Source: an uncultured Mycoplasmatota bacterium
Lineage (GTDB): Bacteria; Bacillota_I; Bacilli_A; RF39; UBA660
Direction of reading: 5' to 3'
Assembly: GCA_900547775.1 (NCBI GenBank)
Contig: URHW01000001.1
Location: 65,762-129,761, forward strand
Length of the DNA: 64,000 bases
Position numbers and translations under genes: made by a program. The notes under the pieces are model-generated. The model was not told the DNA's origin. It searched no databases and worked only from the letters and a program-made list of their open reading frames with translations. Of the stretch, positions 20,159-30,661 are shown one piece after another; the stretch's first letter is position 1, and each line of letters starts with the position of its first letter.

Positions 20159-20999
20159 TTTTTTCCCACCTTACTGTTATTCCACAAGGAAGTTTTAAGC
20201 CGTTATTTGCTTCGATTCCGAGTTCTGTGCTTATAAAATTTCCTTTTTTGTTTATTGTTAGTTTTAAGATATTTTCAATTACGGTCATTGATAAACCGGT
20301 TGTGTATGTATTTACTATAAATAGCAAAGCATCATCTGATAATAGAGTGCTAGCATCTTTGATTAGATTGTATAGGTCTTTTTCAACTTGCCATACTTCA
20401 TTTTTAGCACCACGACCAAAGGATGGTGGATCCATGATGATGATATCGTATTTGTTTCCTCTACGCATTTCTCTTTTGACAAGTTTTTTAACATCGTCAA
20501 CGTAGAATTTGATATTTTCATTTTGTAGATTATTTGATATTACGTTTTCTTTAGCCCAGTCAATCATACCTTTTGAAGCATCTACATGGACTACTTCAGC
20601 GTGTTCTTTTAAGGCAGCGATACTAGCAGCACCAGTATATGCAAATAAGTTAAGAACTTTTACTTTACGACCAGCATTTTTGATAGTTTCTCTTATAATA
20701 TTCCAGTTATAGGCTTGTTCTGGGAATAAGCCTGTATGTTTAAATCCCATTAGTTTTAAGTTAAAAATCATATCTTCATATCTTATTTGCCAGCTTTCTT
20801 TCATGTTTGATAGGACGTTCCATGAGCCTCCACCAGTGTTACTTCTCGTATATTCGGCATCTACTTTGATATTTTCATTTCCCGGCCAAATTATTTCTGG
20901 ATCTGGTCTTTTAAGGTAATATTTACCCCATTTCTCATATTTATAACCGTTACTCATACTGATTATTTCATAGTCTTTAAAGTTATTTACTGTTTCCAT
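20148..20999 (-). CDS. Class I SAM-dependent RNA methyltransferase (RlmI/RlmKL-like, no PUA domain)
   Basis: Motif I NLFAYTGAASIAA, acidic HVDASK, and DIIIMDPPSFGRG. Confidence 0.6.
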   Translation of the reverse strand: METVNNFKDYEIISMSNGYKYEKWGKYYLKRPDPEIIWPGNENIKVDAEYTRSNTGGGSWNVLSNMKESWQIRYEDMIFNLKLMGFKHTGLFPEQAYNWNIIRETIKNAGRKVKVLNLFAYTGAASIAALKEHAEVVHVDASKGMIDWAKENVISNNLQNENIKFYVDDVKKLVKREMRRGNKYDIIIMDPPSFGRGAKNEVWQVEKDLYNLIKDASTLLSDDALLFIVNTYTTGLSMTVIENILKLTINKKGNFISTELGIEANNGLKLPCGITVRWEKNGR

Positions 21000-21000
21000 A

Positions 21001-21630
21001 TTATTTATTTAAGTATAAATACTTATCCTTTCTAAATAGTCTTCTTACTTGTCTATAGACCATTCTTATAAATGCGTATGTGTAGGTTATGGTGTATAGG
21101 TCTTTTAGAGACTCTTCTTCAATTGTAAAGTAGTTGTGCGAAGAAACAACCCTATTTTTGAGACTTAGTAGTTTAAGAAGTTTTAAGTCTTTTTTGGTTT
21201 TGAGATTATATTTTTTAGTTATTTCGCTGCAGTTAAATAGTTTGCATGCAATATTTTTTGATGGGCATCCGTTTAATGTTACGTATTCACAGTATCTACA
21301 GCAGCCACATTTTTGCTTGCTTTTGTTTTGTCTTTGAACGATACACTTACCGTCAATAAACCCACAGGCGTCATTTGGAAAGTCATTATCTAGATATTCA
21401 CAGCATTTATCAAATACATATTTAATGCGTTCACGCCTATTTTTGATGTTTAAACCAGTTACTAGGTCATTACTTTCTTTAGAACTACTAATAATTTTAA
21501 ATTTTGTATTTTTGTAAAGAGGGCTTTTATATAAAAATAAATGTTTGTTTAACTGTTTTTCTGTTACTACTTTTTCTTTCATAGAAGCCTCTTTCAAGGT
21601 TATTGTAGCACAAAGTGATTGATTTACCAA
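21001..21630 (-). CDS. Cys-rich putative metal-binding protein (YkgJ-like)
   Basis: Cys cluster CGFIDGKC...CGCCRYCEY...CPSKNIAC. The start may be the internal MKEKVV. Confidence 0.4.
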   Translation of the reverse strand: MVNQSLCATITLKEASMKEKVVTEKQLNKHLFLYKSPLYKNTKFKIISSSKESNDLVTGLNIKNRRERIKYVFDKCCEYLDNDFPNDACGFIDGKCIVQRQNKSKQKCGCCRYCEYVTLNGCPSKNIACKLFNCSEITKKYNLKTKKDLKLLKLLSLKNRVVSSHNYFTIEEESLKDLYTITYTYAFIRMVYRQVRRLFRKDKYLYLNK

Positions 21631-21686
21631 ATATTTGACTATTTTTTGGGTGTAAAGTAAAAGAAAAACATCACTTATTGTGATGC

Positions 21687-22256
21687 TTAGTGAATGTCTT
21701 TAATCTTTAAGTCTTTACCGGTTACAAGGATTCTTATGCCATTTTCTGATAGTGATAGTAAACCATTACATACAAAGAAGAATGCTAGCATTAGGGTTTC
21801 AACTGTTGCATTAAAGTATAGATTGATACTTGTTAAAAGACCTAAAAGTAAGAATAAAGAAAATGATACTAAATTAACATAGAACATACCATTTTTACGA
21901 TCATGATAGTAGTCTAGTTTGATTAGTTTAATTACTGACATAATACCTACCCATGATACTAGTGTAAGACTTAGGACCATTGGAGATGAGTATGAATGAA
22001 ATTTAAAGCCACTTATTGATGCTAGGGTGCAAGCTATTGCTGTATATAGATTTTCTCTATCTGTGCCATTTCTTGTTAGGATATATTCAATTAGTTTTAC
22101 ACCAGCATAGATTGCAAACAGTAAGTATAATAAGTTATTTGGTTCTTCAATATTGAACCATGGGAATATAAATAGTAATACACCAAGTAGTAAGATAACT
22201 CCTGATGAAATTAAATTTATTTTATTTTTAAATCTTCTTTCTTTTGATTTGAACAT
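21687..22256 (-). CDS. Polytopic membrane protein (HdeD/DUF308-like)
   Basis: Six hydrophobic helices with little extramembrane sequence. Confidence 0.4.
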   Translation of the reverse strand: MFKSKERRFKNKINLISSGVILLLGVLLFIFPWFNIEEPNNLLYLLFAIYAGVKLIEYILTRNGTDRENLYTAIACTLASISGFKFHSYSSPMVLSLTLVSWVGIMSVIKLIKLDYYHDRKNGMFYVNLVSFSLFLLLGLLTSINLYFNATVETLMLAFFFVCNGLLSLSENGIRILVTGKDLKIKDIH

Positions 22257-22357
22257 TTCTTTTACCTCTTTTCTATCTTAAGTAAATTATAATTTAATTT
22301 AGGTTTTTTTGCAATCTTTTCATTATTATAATATAATTAATTTAGAAGGGAGAATTT

Positions 22358-23113
22358 ATGGATACTTTTATAATTATTGTTTTAGTGGTTGTTGCAGTTA
22401 TTTTACTACGCTCTATTAGACAGGTTGATGAGTATGAACGCGGTGTTAAGTTTAGATTCGGTAAATACAAGAAAATTGTTGAACCAGGTTGGAGACTTGT
22501 TTTACCAATTATTGAAAGCATGAAGAAGATTGATGTTCGTACTAAAGCAGTTGATGTTCCAGAGCAAGATGCTATTACAAAGGATAATGTTTCTATTAGA
22601 ATTAATGCAGTTTTGTACTATAGTATATTTGATGCAGCTAAGGTTATTATTTCAGTAGAAAATTATAAGTTTGCTGTTGGTCAGCTTGCTCAAACAACTA
22701 TGAGAAATGCTGTTGGTGCTGTTACTTTAGATGAGTTATTAGCACAGAGAGATAGAATTTCTGAAGAGATTTGTAAGATAATTGATGAAGCTACTGATCC
22801 TTGGGGTATTAAGGTTGAAAATGTTGAACTTAAAGATATTTCACTTCCTGAGGAAATGAAGAGAGTTTTAGCAATTGCTGCTGAAGCTGAAAGAGAAAAA
22901 GCCGCTGTTATTACTAAGGCTGAGGGTGAAGCTATGGCTGCTGAGAATTTAGCTAAGGCTGCTGAAACTATGACTTCTACTCCGGGTGCATTACATTTAA
23001 GAACTTTATCAACTTTAAGTGATATTTCAGCAGATAAGTCTAATACGATAGTAGTTGCTTTACCTATTGAAGTACTTGAAGCTATTAAAGGAAAAGATAA
23101 AGATAAAAAGTAA
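22358..23113 (+). CDS. SPFH/band 7 (stomatin-like) family protein
   Basis: N-terminal TM, then EYERGVKFRFGKY...GWRLVLP...VDVPEQDAITKDNVSIRINAVLYY and an Ala/Glu-rich coiled C-terminus. Confidence 0.8.
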   Translation: MDTFIIIVLVVVAVILLRSIRQVDEYERGVKFRFGKYKKIVEPGWRLVLPIIESMKKIDVRTKAVDVPEQDAITKDNVSIRINAVLYYSIFDAAKVIISVENYKFAVGQLAQTTMRNAVGAVTLDELLAQRDRISEEICKIIDEATDPWGIKVENVELKDISLPEEMKRVLAIAAEAEREKAAVITKAEGEAMAAENLAKAAETMTSTPGALHLRTLSTLSDISADKSNTIVVALPIEVLEAIKGKDKDKK

Positions 23114-23121
23114 TAAGAAAA

Positions 23122-23155
23122 AATACAATAGATTTTATTCTACTGTATTTTTTTA
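23122..23155 (+). terminator. Rho-independent terminator after the SPFH gene
   Basis: aatacaatag-attttatt-ctactgtatt hairpin (one mismatch) followed by a T-run. Confidence 0.5.
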
Positions 23156-23286
23156 TTTACTTTCAAAAAAACAATTTAATTGGTAGTTAATCTTATTTTA
23201 AATACGATCACGAATGATATTTTGAATTTATTTAACATTTAGTTTACTAAAAATGACCATTTATATTATGGTCTGTTTTATTTATT

Positions 23287-24150
23287 TTATATATTCATTA
23301 TTTTTTGAACTAGTTCATTGTTATTATAAATTATAAGAGCATCTTCAATCATTTCGATTTCGATATTTTTAGAAATTGTTATTTCTCCGTCTATATTTAC
23401 AATTAGATTATTTTCGGATGTTATTGTGATATTTTTACCAGTGTATTTTCGTACTTCATTATATTTTTCGTGTTCACTTTTTAAGAGAGCTAATAATATT
23501 TTTATTAACTTGAATTTACTTGCTTTGCTTACTAGGTAGATGTCGAACTGGTTATCGTCAAATGAAGCTACTGGGGCTATTTTAAAGCCACCACCATAAT
23601 ATTTTCCGTTGCAGATTGCAGCAATTATGTAGTCACCAGCATAAACATTTTTGTCTATTTTTAATTTTAAAGATTTACTTTTGAATGTTAAGAATGTGTG
23701 GATAAGTGCTAGGTAATAAGATGAATGCAACTTGATTTTGCTTTTTATTTTGTTTGCATTATTGCATGTTTCAGCATCCATTCCTACACTTGCTATGTTT
23801 ATAAAATATCTACCATTTACTTTTCCTAAGTCTAATCTAACATTTTCAGTTTGTGCTTCTTTTAGAGTTCTGTAGAAATCATTTCCTGAACCTGTAGGAA
23901 TTATTCCTAATTTGCATTTGCCTTCTGCAATTCCGTTAACAACTTCATTGAGAGTACCATCACCGCCAACTGAGTAGACAATTGTGTTTTCTTCATTTTT
24001 AAATCTTGATGCTATTTCAGTTGCTTCTTTTGGAGCCTTAGTTTCATAGATTTCATAATTTTCATTTTCTAAGGTTTTCATGATATTTTGTTTAATTTTA
24101 TCATAGTCAGTTTTTCCACTTGCAGGATTTATTATAAATACATACTTCAT
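23287..24150 (-). CDS. Diacylglycerol kinase catalytic-domain lipid kinase (DagK/YegS family)
   Basis: VGGDGTLNEVVNG and GIIPTGSGNDF motifs. Confidence 0.75.
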   Translation of the reverse strand: MKYVFIINPASGKTDYDKIKQNIMKTLENENYEIYETKAPKEATEIASRFKNEENTIVYSVGGDGTLNEVVNGIAEGKCKLGIIPTGSGNDFYRTLKEAQTENVRLDLGKVNGRYFINIASVGMDAETCNNANKIKSKIKLHSSYYLALIHTFLTFKSKSLKLKIDKNVYAGDYIIAAICNGKYYGGGFKIAPVASFDDNQFDIYLVSKASKFKLIKILLALLKSEHEKYNEVRKYTGKNITITSENNLIVNIDGEITISKNIEIEMIEDALIIYNNNELVQKIMNI

Positions 24151-24158
24151 ACTATCTC

Positions 24159-25031
24159 CTACTTTGTTTTAGTAAATTTGTTTGATTCTTTATCGTAAAT
24201 GTATTTGGTTCTCTTTGCGGTTTCTTCGTTGATAATCTGTAATGTTTCATCTTCATATTTTTCGATTATTTCATTCTTGTTTAAAACCAGTTTTTCGCTT
24301 ATAATGTTTCCTTGCTCATCAATTAGATAGATAGAATTATTTTCTCTTACAATGTTGTTTTGAGTTAAAGGAATTAGCTCGTCATATCCAGTTTTAATTG
24401 TTTTACGATTGTCCTTACCAATTAGATACCATTTACTATTTTCTTTTGCGATTATTTTATTGTTTTTTATAGTAATGTTTTCATATTGGAAGTCGATTAC
24501 TCCTTTACCATTTGATAAAGATATTAATCCATATTTGTTATCACTTAAAGCAGTGATATAGTCTTCTTTAACGTTTAAATTCGTAACATTTACGCCGTCT
24601 ATTTTACCTAATTCTTTATAGTTTAGGTTCACAGTCACAGAACCAGACATATTGATAATTCCATAGTACTGACCATTTTTTACTAGTAAGTAGTTTACTT
24701 TGTCGTTTTCATCTTTTATAAAATAAACATTTTCGTAGTCAGATGATAGTTTACTACCTTTTACTAGATCATATAAATATATTTTATTATTTTCTTGTAA
24801 AAGAATTTTACCATTGTCAAAGTAATTTTCGTATACAGTACATTCGTTATCACAGTTGTAAAAGTTTACTATTTTGCCGTTTGCTAAAAGGGTTAAAGAA
24901 TTGTTTTTTAGTTCATAGTAATAAATTTTATTTTCAATTTTTTGATTTTTTTTGATTATATAATAAATAGGATAAATGCTTCCTAATATGATTAATAGTA
25001 TAATAATTATTATTAACTTCTTGTTTTTCAT
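24159..25031 (-). CDS. Membrane-anchored repeat protein, unknown function
   Basis: N-terminal TM, then Tyr/Asn-rich beta-repeat body. Possibly WG-like repeats (KYGLISLSNGKGVIDFQYENI). Confidence 0.4.
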   Translation of the reverse strand: MKNKKLIIIIILLIILGSIYPIYYIIKKNQKIENKIYYYELKNNSLTLLANGKIVNFYNCDNECTVYENYFDNGKILLQENNKIYLYDLVKGSKLSSDYENVYFIKDENDKVNYLLVKNGQYYGIINMSGSVTVNLNYKELGKIDGVNVTNLNVKEDYITALSDNKYGLISLSNGKGVIDFQYENITIKNNKIIAKENSKWYLIGKDNRKTIKTGYDELIPLTQNNIVRENNSIYLIDEQGNIISEKLVLNKNEIIEKYEDETLQIINEETAKRTKYIYDKESNKFTKTK

Positions 25032-25106
25032 TTCTACCTCACTTTAAAAGTATATCATGAATGAATATTAATGTAAAATCTAAAGTATATGGGATGTAAA
25101 GAGATT

Positions 25107-26156
25107 TTATAAGTGCTTGACATTATCTGTTATGCTTATACTGATATCATTTAATAGTTTGTTTTCGCTTGTTAGCCTGCCAGCCACTTCTAATGATAAG
25201 TATGAGTCAATTTCATATGGATAGGCAGTAATATTTAAGTTATTATATTGTTCTGATAATCTTAGAAATGTTCTTAAGAATTTTTCTGTTAGATTTGCTT
25301 GGATTCTTTCCTGCTCTTTAATTAATTTTTCAGTTTCTTCATTTGTTAAATTTTTATATTTTGCTTTTTTAGAAATTGCTATTCTTTTTGCGTTCCATCT
25401 TTCAATAAGGATGCTTGATATTTTTATTTTGTTGATATTTTTTGCTTGCATAAATGAAAGCAAGATTGCACTTACAATGAGAAAACTAGCGGTGGTGTCC
25501 TTTAAGTCTGCTGTACTTTCATCTGTAAAACCATCATTAACTTTGTAAAGTGCTCTATTTATTTTCTTTGTATAGTTTGTCTTTTCTTGTGGAATATTTT
25601 GAATTGCGTATATGTAAAGTGTGTCATCCATAATGCCAAATTTTACTTCTGGAAGTTTAAATACTCCATCTTCAGATCTAAGTGCTGCATTTAAATAATA
25701 AGGTGATTCGTTATATATTTTATCTTTAGATATAGATGCGTTTAGTGAACTATTAAATGATGAAATAAATGTACTTTTCAGTGTTTCTTCTTTGGAGTTT
25801 TCAAAAAAAGCTATTCTGCGATTTAGGAAATCTATAGGATGTGCAAAGTCATCAAATGTGGCGTTAGCAAATAGTGATACGATAATCATTTTTATTTTCT
25901 CTTTTTCATTTCCTTCAAATGATGATAAGTCATAGAATTCTAGTGACTTTTTTATATAAATTTCAAGTAATTTAGTAAAGTTACTTAAGTTTTTGATAGT
26001 AAGACAAGGAATAATTGTTCCTTCTTTAACTTCTGATGTGGTTACTTTTTTAGTGCCAATGATAGTTTCAAAAATGATGTTGTATGTGAAGTAAGCGTCT
26101 ATTTCACCATGAGATGCTTCAATTATAAATTCTTTAAGTATATTTGTGATATCCAT
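25107..26156 (-). CDS. Hypothetical protein
   Basis: 349-aa ORF immediately upstream of the NERD gene (10-nt gap). Confidence 0.4.
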   Translation of the reverse strand: MDITNILKEFIIEASHGEIDAYFTYNIIFETIIGTKKVTTSEVKEGTIIPCLTIKNLSNFTKLLEIYIKKSLEFYDLSSFEGNEKEKIKMIIVSLFANATFDDFAHPIDFLNRRIAFFENSKEETLKSTFISSFNSSLNASISKDKIYNESPYYLNAALRSEDGVFKLPEVKFGIMDDTLYIYAIQNIPQEKTNYTKKINRALYKVNDGFTDESTADLKDTTASFLIVSAILLSFMQAKNINKIKISSILIERWNAKRIAISKKAKYKNLTNEETEKLIKEQERIQANLTEKFLRTFLRLSEQYNNLNITAYPYEIDSYLSLEVAGRLTSENKLLNDISISITDNVKHL

Positions 26157-26165
26157 TTTTACCTC

Positions 26166-26951
26166 TTAATTTATTTTCTTAATGAATTTGCATTTAGGAT
26201 AGTTTGAGCAACCAATAAATGGGCCATATTTGCCATTTCTTTCGATTAAGCTTCCGTGACATTTTGGACATATCATTTGCTCTTCTAAAGTTTTATTTTC
26301 TTTAATTTTTGTTTTGATATTACTTACATGATTTTTTATTTCTTTTTTATCTGTAATATTTAATTTTAATAATTTTTCATATATTTCTTCTGGATTTAAA
26401 TTTTTAATTTCTGTATATTTTAATATTTCATCTTTTATATAGTCTGTTTGGGTTAATGGTGTTGTGGTTTTGGCTTTAATTTTTGCTTGATTTGAAAAGC
26501 AGATTATTGATATAAAATTATCCTCGTTAATTTCGAGTAGACTAACAAGTGATTTTATATGCCCATAATTTTGATGGATGGGATTAGTGAATTCTCTTTT
26601 TTGATTTCTTATTTTTTGTGTCCATTTATGATTATATTCTGAACCATAGATAGTCCCAAAGTAATTTTTCATTTCGATAACAAAAATACCATATTTAGAA
26701 ATCACGAGATGATCTATTTGATGAGTTCCTCTTTCATCTTTAACCATAATATTGTTAAGAACTTTATATTCGTTTGGAAGTTTATTTAGTTCTTCTCTTA
26801 TCCATTTTTCACCAAAGTATCCTCTCATTTTGGGATAGGCTTTTTTTAGGATAATGTTTAATATACCAAGTATAATGACAATTATCCATATTTTTTTTGT
26901 GGCATTTAATCCAATAAGCACGCCTTCTATTAATGAAGTTATAATAGTCAT
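26166..26951 (-). CDS. NERD domain nuclease-like protein with C-terminal topoisomerase-type C4 zinc ribbon
   Basis: N-terminal TM. EKWIREELNKL...HQIDHLVISKYGIFVIEMKNY fits a NERD domain. C-terminus CPKCHGSLIERNGKYGPFIGCSNYPKCKF is a zinc ribbon. Confidence 0.6.
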   Translation of the reverse strand: MTIITSLIEGVLIGLNATKKIWIIVIILGILNIILKKAYPKMRGYFGEKWIREELNKLPNEYKVLNNIMVKDERGTHQIDHLVISKYGIFVIEMKNYFGTIYGSEYNHKWTQKIRNQKREFTNPIHQNYGHIKSLVSLLEINEDNFISIICFSNQAKIKAKTTTPLTQTDYIKDEILKYTEIKNLNPEEIYEKLLKLNITDKKEIKNHVSNIKTKIKENKTLEEQMICPKCHGSLIERNGKYGPFIGCSNYPKCKFIKKIN

Positions 26952-27016
26952 AATTTCACTCTTTTCTGTGTTTATTATAGCAGATGTAAGGCAAAATAAA
27001 AACCTCTTTAGAGGCT

Positions 27017-27277
27017 TTATTTACTACATGGGTTGCAGTCGTATACGTGAGTGATTTCGTTTTCTTCACAGCAAGTATAGCATGGAGTGTATGTGTGATG
27101 ATATATATGATGATTGATTATTCTAGTGTTTACTGGTTGCATATGAGGTACTACATGATTGATTTCTCTATGACAAACTCTTTCACATGGACATTCATAG
27201 ATTGGTTCACATGCCTCTTTTGGAAATGTTGCTGTCATAGTAGGTCCTTCTTCTACACAGCGATTTGATCTATACAT
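27017..27277 (-). CDS. Cys/His-rich CotD-like spore coat protein
   Basis: 86 aa: HHIYHHTYTPCYTCCEENEITHVYDCNPC. Composition resembles the CotD family. Confidence 0.45.
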   Translation of the reverse strand: MYRSNRCVEEGPTMTATFPKEACEPIYECPCERVCHREINHVVPHMQPVNTRIINHHIYHHTYTPCYTCCEENEITHVYDCNPCSK

Positions 27278-27299
27278 AAAAAATACACTATCCTTTCTA

Positions 27300-27335
27300 G
27301 TGTATTTTATGTAATTTTAGGTTTTTGGTTATGTT
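27300..27335 (-). promoter_or_regulatory. Putative sigma-K-type sporulation promoter for the CotD-like gene
   Basis: Minus strand reads AC (N16) CATAAAATA, matching the sigma-K consensus AC...CATAnnnTA, about 35 nt before the ATG. Confidence 0.2.
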
Positions 27336-27909
27336 CTTTGCCTACTTGTTACCTTTTAGTGAGGTTACCATATCTATTTTTTCAACCTTTTTAGATAGGA
27401 TATTAGATACGATGTATGTTATTAGATGTGGCCGATAGCGGTGATGATGTAGGATAAGATGCCAATGTTATAGATAATTATGATTTGATTTTGAAGGTCT
27501 TTGTTCGTCCAAACTATTGTTGATGTGGAGTATTTATCTGTACCTTGTAATCTTCAAGTGATGGTGTTTCCTACTTTTAGATTTTCATTGATACCTAGTT
27601 CGTTTGAGTGAACTAAATTTATATATAGATTGAAAGATATTTAAGTGATATTTGGTGAGTTTATGTGGGTTATGTTATAATTTGGCAGTCGGTGATGGAC
27701 ATAATCCAATACATTTGAAAGAACGAGTGCATATTGCGACATATTTGAGTGAAAATTTCTGCCATGAAACTATTTATCATAAACATGAAGAAATAGATTA
27801 TAATGTAATGAAAGAAGAAGTTATTAAGTTGATTAATGATTTGCTTAGGTAATTAAGTTGACTTCTTCTTTTGTTTTATAGTAAAATTTTAGAGTAAGGA
27901 TGTGAAAAT

Positions 27910-29094
27910 ATGAGACTTGTTGGTACAACAGTTAGAGGGATAAGAACCCCAATTATAAAAGAAAATGATGATTTAGCTAGTATTGTAGTTGATAGTGTTA
28001 TTAATGCTAGTGAAAGCGAAGGATTTAATTTTAAAGATAAGGATATTATTGCAATTACAGAAGCAGTAGTTGGAATTAGTGAAGGAAATTATGTTACAGT
28101 TGATAATATAGTTAGTGATTTAAATGCTAAATTTCCTAGTAAGGAAATTGGTATTGTCTACCCTATTTTATCTAGAAATAGATTTTCAATGATTTTAAAG
28201 GCAATTGCTAGAGCAATGGATAAGGTTACAATACTTTTATCTTTTCCAAGTGATGAAGTTGGTAATGGTATAATGGATGAAAACTTACTTAGTGCTTCTC
28301 CATTTAATTTAGGTAGTTTGATAAGTGAAGAAGATTATGAGAAATATTTTGGAACATTTATTCATCCTTTTACGGGTATTAATATGGTTGATTATTATAG
28401 AGACTTAGTTAAAAGTGAAAATTGTGATGTTGAGTTTGTTTTTTCAAATAATCCAAGTGATATTTTAAAGTATACTAATAATGTTTTAACTTGTGATATT
28501 CATAGTAGGTTTAAAACTAAGAAAGTGTTAAGTGAACAAGGTGCATTTGTGCTTAGTTTAAGTGATATTTTGAATGAAAGTGTTGGAGGCTCTGGGTTTA
28601 ATTTAGATTATGGACTTCTTGGAAGTAATAAATCAACTGATGAAAGATTAAAGTTATTTCCTAAAGATGGTGCTAGTTTAGTTTTAAAGATTAAAGATGA
28701 GATGTTTAAGAGAACTGGTAAAAACTTTGAGGTAATGGTTTATGGTGATGGTGCCTTTAAAGATCCAGTTGGGGGAATTTGGGAGCTTGCTGATCCAGTT
28801 GTTAGTCCATTTTATACAGAAGGTCTTAAAGGTACTCCTAATGAGATTAAATTAAAGTATGTTTCTGATAATATGTTTGCTGATTTAAGAGGTGATGAAC
28901 TTAAAGATGCGATTAAAGAAGAAATTAAGAAAAAAGATAATGATTTGAAAGGACAAAATGTTAGTTTAGGTACAACACCTAGAAGAATTACTGATTTAGT
29001 TGGATCTCTTTGTGATTTAACTAGTGGTTCTGGTGATAAAGGTACTCCAGTTGTGCTTGTTCAAGGATATTTTGATAATTTAGCTGATGAGTAG
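27910..29094 (+). CDS. CofE-like (F420-0:gamma-glutamyl ligase family) protein
   Basis: N-terminus VRGIRTPIIKENDDLASIVVDSV...DKDIIAITEAVVGISEGNYV follows the CofE pattern (GIPxI..GDDL...GDIvvIsEkvVskaEG). Confidence 0.45.
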   Translation: MRLVGTTVRGIRTPIIKENDDLASIVVDSVINASESEGFNFKDKDIIAITEAVVGISEGNYVTVDNIVSDLNAKFPSKEIGIVYPILSRNRFSMILKAIARAMDKVTILLSFPSDEVGNGIMDENLLSASPFNLGSLISEEDYEKYFGTFIHPFTGINMVDYYRDLVKSENCDVEFVFSNNPSDILKYTNNVLTCDIHSRFKTKKVLSEQGAFVLSLSDILNESVGGSGFNLDYGLLGSNKSTDERLKLFPKDGASLVLKIKDEMFKRTGKNFEVMVYGDGAFKDPVGGIWELADPVVSPFYTEGLKGTPNEIKLKYVSDNMFADLRGDELKDAIKEEIKKKDNDLKGQNVSLGTTPRRITDLVGSLCDLTSGSGDKGTPVVLVQGYFDNLADE

Positions 29095-29980
29095 TATTTT
29101 AGATTTAATTAATAATTTAGATAGAAGTAAAAAGATTTTAGTTATTGGGCATAAGAAACCTGATACTGATACAATCTTTTCTTCTTATTTAATGAGTAAG
29201 GTGTTACAGTCTTTGGGTTATGATGCTATGTATGCAGTTCTTGATGGAGAAAAGATAAGTGAAGACTGCACAAAACAAGTTATGGATAATTTTGATTACT
29301 CCCCTTTTATATTAGATAAGAAAGATATTTTTAAATATAATTATTTTTTAACTGATCATAATGATGTTAATCAAAGTATTGAAGATGCTTCTTTGGTTTT
29401 GGGTGCGATTGATCATCACCCTGATGCTGGTATGGTAAATGTTATTGTAACTAGTTATGTTAGTACATGCCTTGCTATATACGATATGTGTTCTAGTTTT
29501 TATGATTTTAGTGATTATGAGAAGAATTTAGTTTATATAGCTTCAATGGATGATAGTACTTATGGGCTTAATGCTAGATATAAAGATAGTGATAAAGCGC
29601 TTATTAAGAAAATGGGTTTTGATGAGACATTTGATGGAATGCTTGAGAAATATTTTATAGCTACTGATATGAGTGATAAGTTAAAAGCATATAATGAAAA
29701 CGGTTTTAAAGCTTATGATTTTAATGGGATAAAGTTTGTTAGCACTTATCTTAAACTTCTTAATTTAGATTATTTAGAGGATTATAGGAAGTTTATTTAT
29801 GAAAGTACTGAAAATATTTTGGGATTATATATAGATATGAAAAATTTGAAGACTTATACTTTTTTAAGATATAATGAGCATTATTTAGAGAGAAGTTATG
29901 ATTTTATTGCACCTAGATCAACAGTCGTACTTAATAACACGCTTGCTTATTTGAGGAGTGTTTATGAACAAGATATTTAA
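29087..29980 (+). CDS. DHH family phosphoesterase (NrnA-like)
   Basis: LVIGHKKPDTDTIFSSYLMS and GAIDHHPD motifs. Confidence 0.7.
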   Translation: MSSILDLINNLDRSKKILVIGHKKPDTDTIFSSYLMSKVLQSLGYDAMYAVLDGEKISEDCTKQVMDNFDYSPFILDKKDIFKYNYFLTDHNDVNQSIEDASLVLGAIDHHPDAGMVNVIVTSYVSTCLAIYDMCSSFYDFSDYEKNLVYIASMDDSTYGLNARYKDSDKALIKKMGFDETFDGMLEKYFIATDMSDKLKAYNENGFKAYDFNGIKFVSTYLKLLNLDYLEDYRKFIYESTENILGLYIDMKNLKTYTFLRYNEHYLERSYDFIAPRSTVVLNNTLAYLRSVYEQDI

Positions 29981-30383
29981 AGATAGAAGTATATTATTAT
30001 TTATTATTTGTTTAGTAGAGATTGCTTTTTGTTTCTGGGTGCTTATTTATTTTAATCATTTAGATCATCTGACTTATCAGCAGTCAAAAACTGATACGGC
30101 ATCTTTGGCATTACTTGTTCAGAATATGTTTACAAGTACTTGGTGGGGGCTTATTATTTTAACTTTTGCTTTAATATGTATATTTAGTTTAACTGCTTTT
30201 ATTTATAGGGATTTAAAATTTCAGTTTTTAAGTATTTGCTTATATGTTGTTTTGTTTATGTTATCTCTTAATTTTGAAGATACTTTTATGAATAATTTTA
30301 GTAATTTTTTAATTTTTGTACCTCTTGTTGTAGTTAATATAGTTGCATATTTTAAGCAGAAAAAAATAAGCCATGCGGCTTAA
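29958..30383 (+). CDS. Membrane protein, unknown function
   Basis: Four hydrophobic helices. Confidence 0.4.
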   Translation: MFMNKIFKDRSILLFIICLVEIAFCFWVLIYFNHLDHLTYQQSKTDTASLALLVQNMFTSTWWGLIILTFALICIFSLTAFIYRDLKFQFLSICLYVVLFMLSLNFEDTFMNNFSNFLIFVPLVVVNIVAYFKQKKISHAA

Positions 30384-30661
30384 ATATATTCTTCAATTTT
30401 AGTAAATTCACTACTTGATAGTAGTGTTTTTATTTTCTCTTTGTTGTGATATAGTTTTAGTTTTTCTTCGTAATAGTCTAGTTTTTCTTTAACTTCTTTT
30501 AAGGTTTTACTTACAGCGTTTTTGGATACTTTGTAGTTTTCAGCAATTTCTTCTTGGGTTAGGTTGTTAAAATAGTAATCAATAAAGTAGTCTTTCTTTG
30601 TTTTTGTAAATAAATCTTTGTAGTAGTCAAATAGACATGTATAGTATAATAAGTCTTCCAT
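30380..30661 (-). CDS. ylxM: YlxM/UPF0122 helix-turn-helix protein (SRP-operon associated)
   Basis: LFDYYKDLFT...YFIDYYFNNLTQEEIAENYKVSKNAVSKTLKEVKEKLDYYEEKL matches the YlxM pattern. Immediately downstream of ftsY, as in Bacillus. Confidence 0.6.
   Translation of the reverse strand: MEDLLYYTCLFDYYKDLFTKTKKDYFIDYYFNNLTQEEIAENYKVSKNAVSKTLKEVKEKLDYYEEKLKLYHNKEKIKTLLSSSEFTKIEEYI

Noticed and set aside
27360-27650. Roughly 350-bp ORF-free region upstream of the CotD-like gene, checked for ncRNA, tRNA or a gene remnant
   Set aside because: No tRNA-like cloverleaf (no GTTCGA/T-loop motifs), no convincing conserved structure or coherent peptide in any frame. Best explained as an AT-rich promoter region.
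27652-27852. 66-aa ORF with a TTG start (possible 47-aa product from the internal TTG at LKERVH...)
   Set aside because: No RBS at suitable spacing for either start, and the N-terminal part looks non-coding. Left unannotated as a possible small gene.
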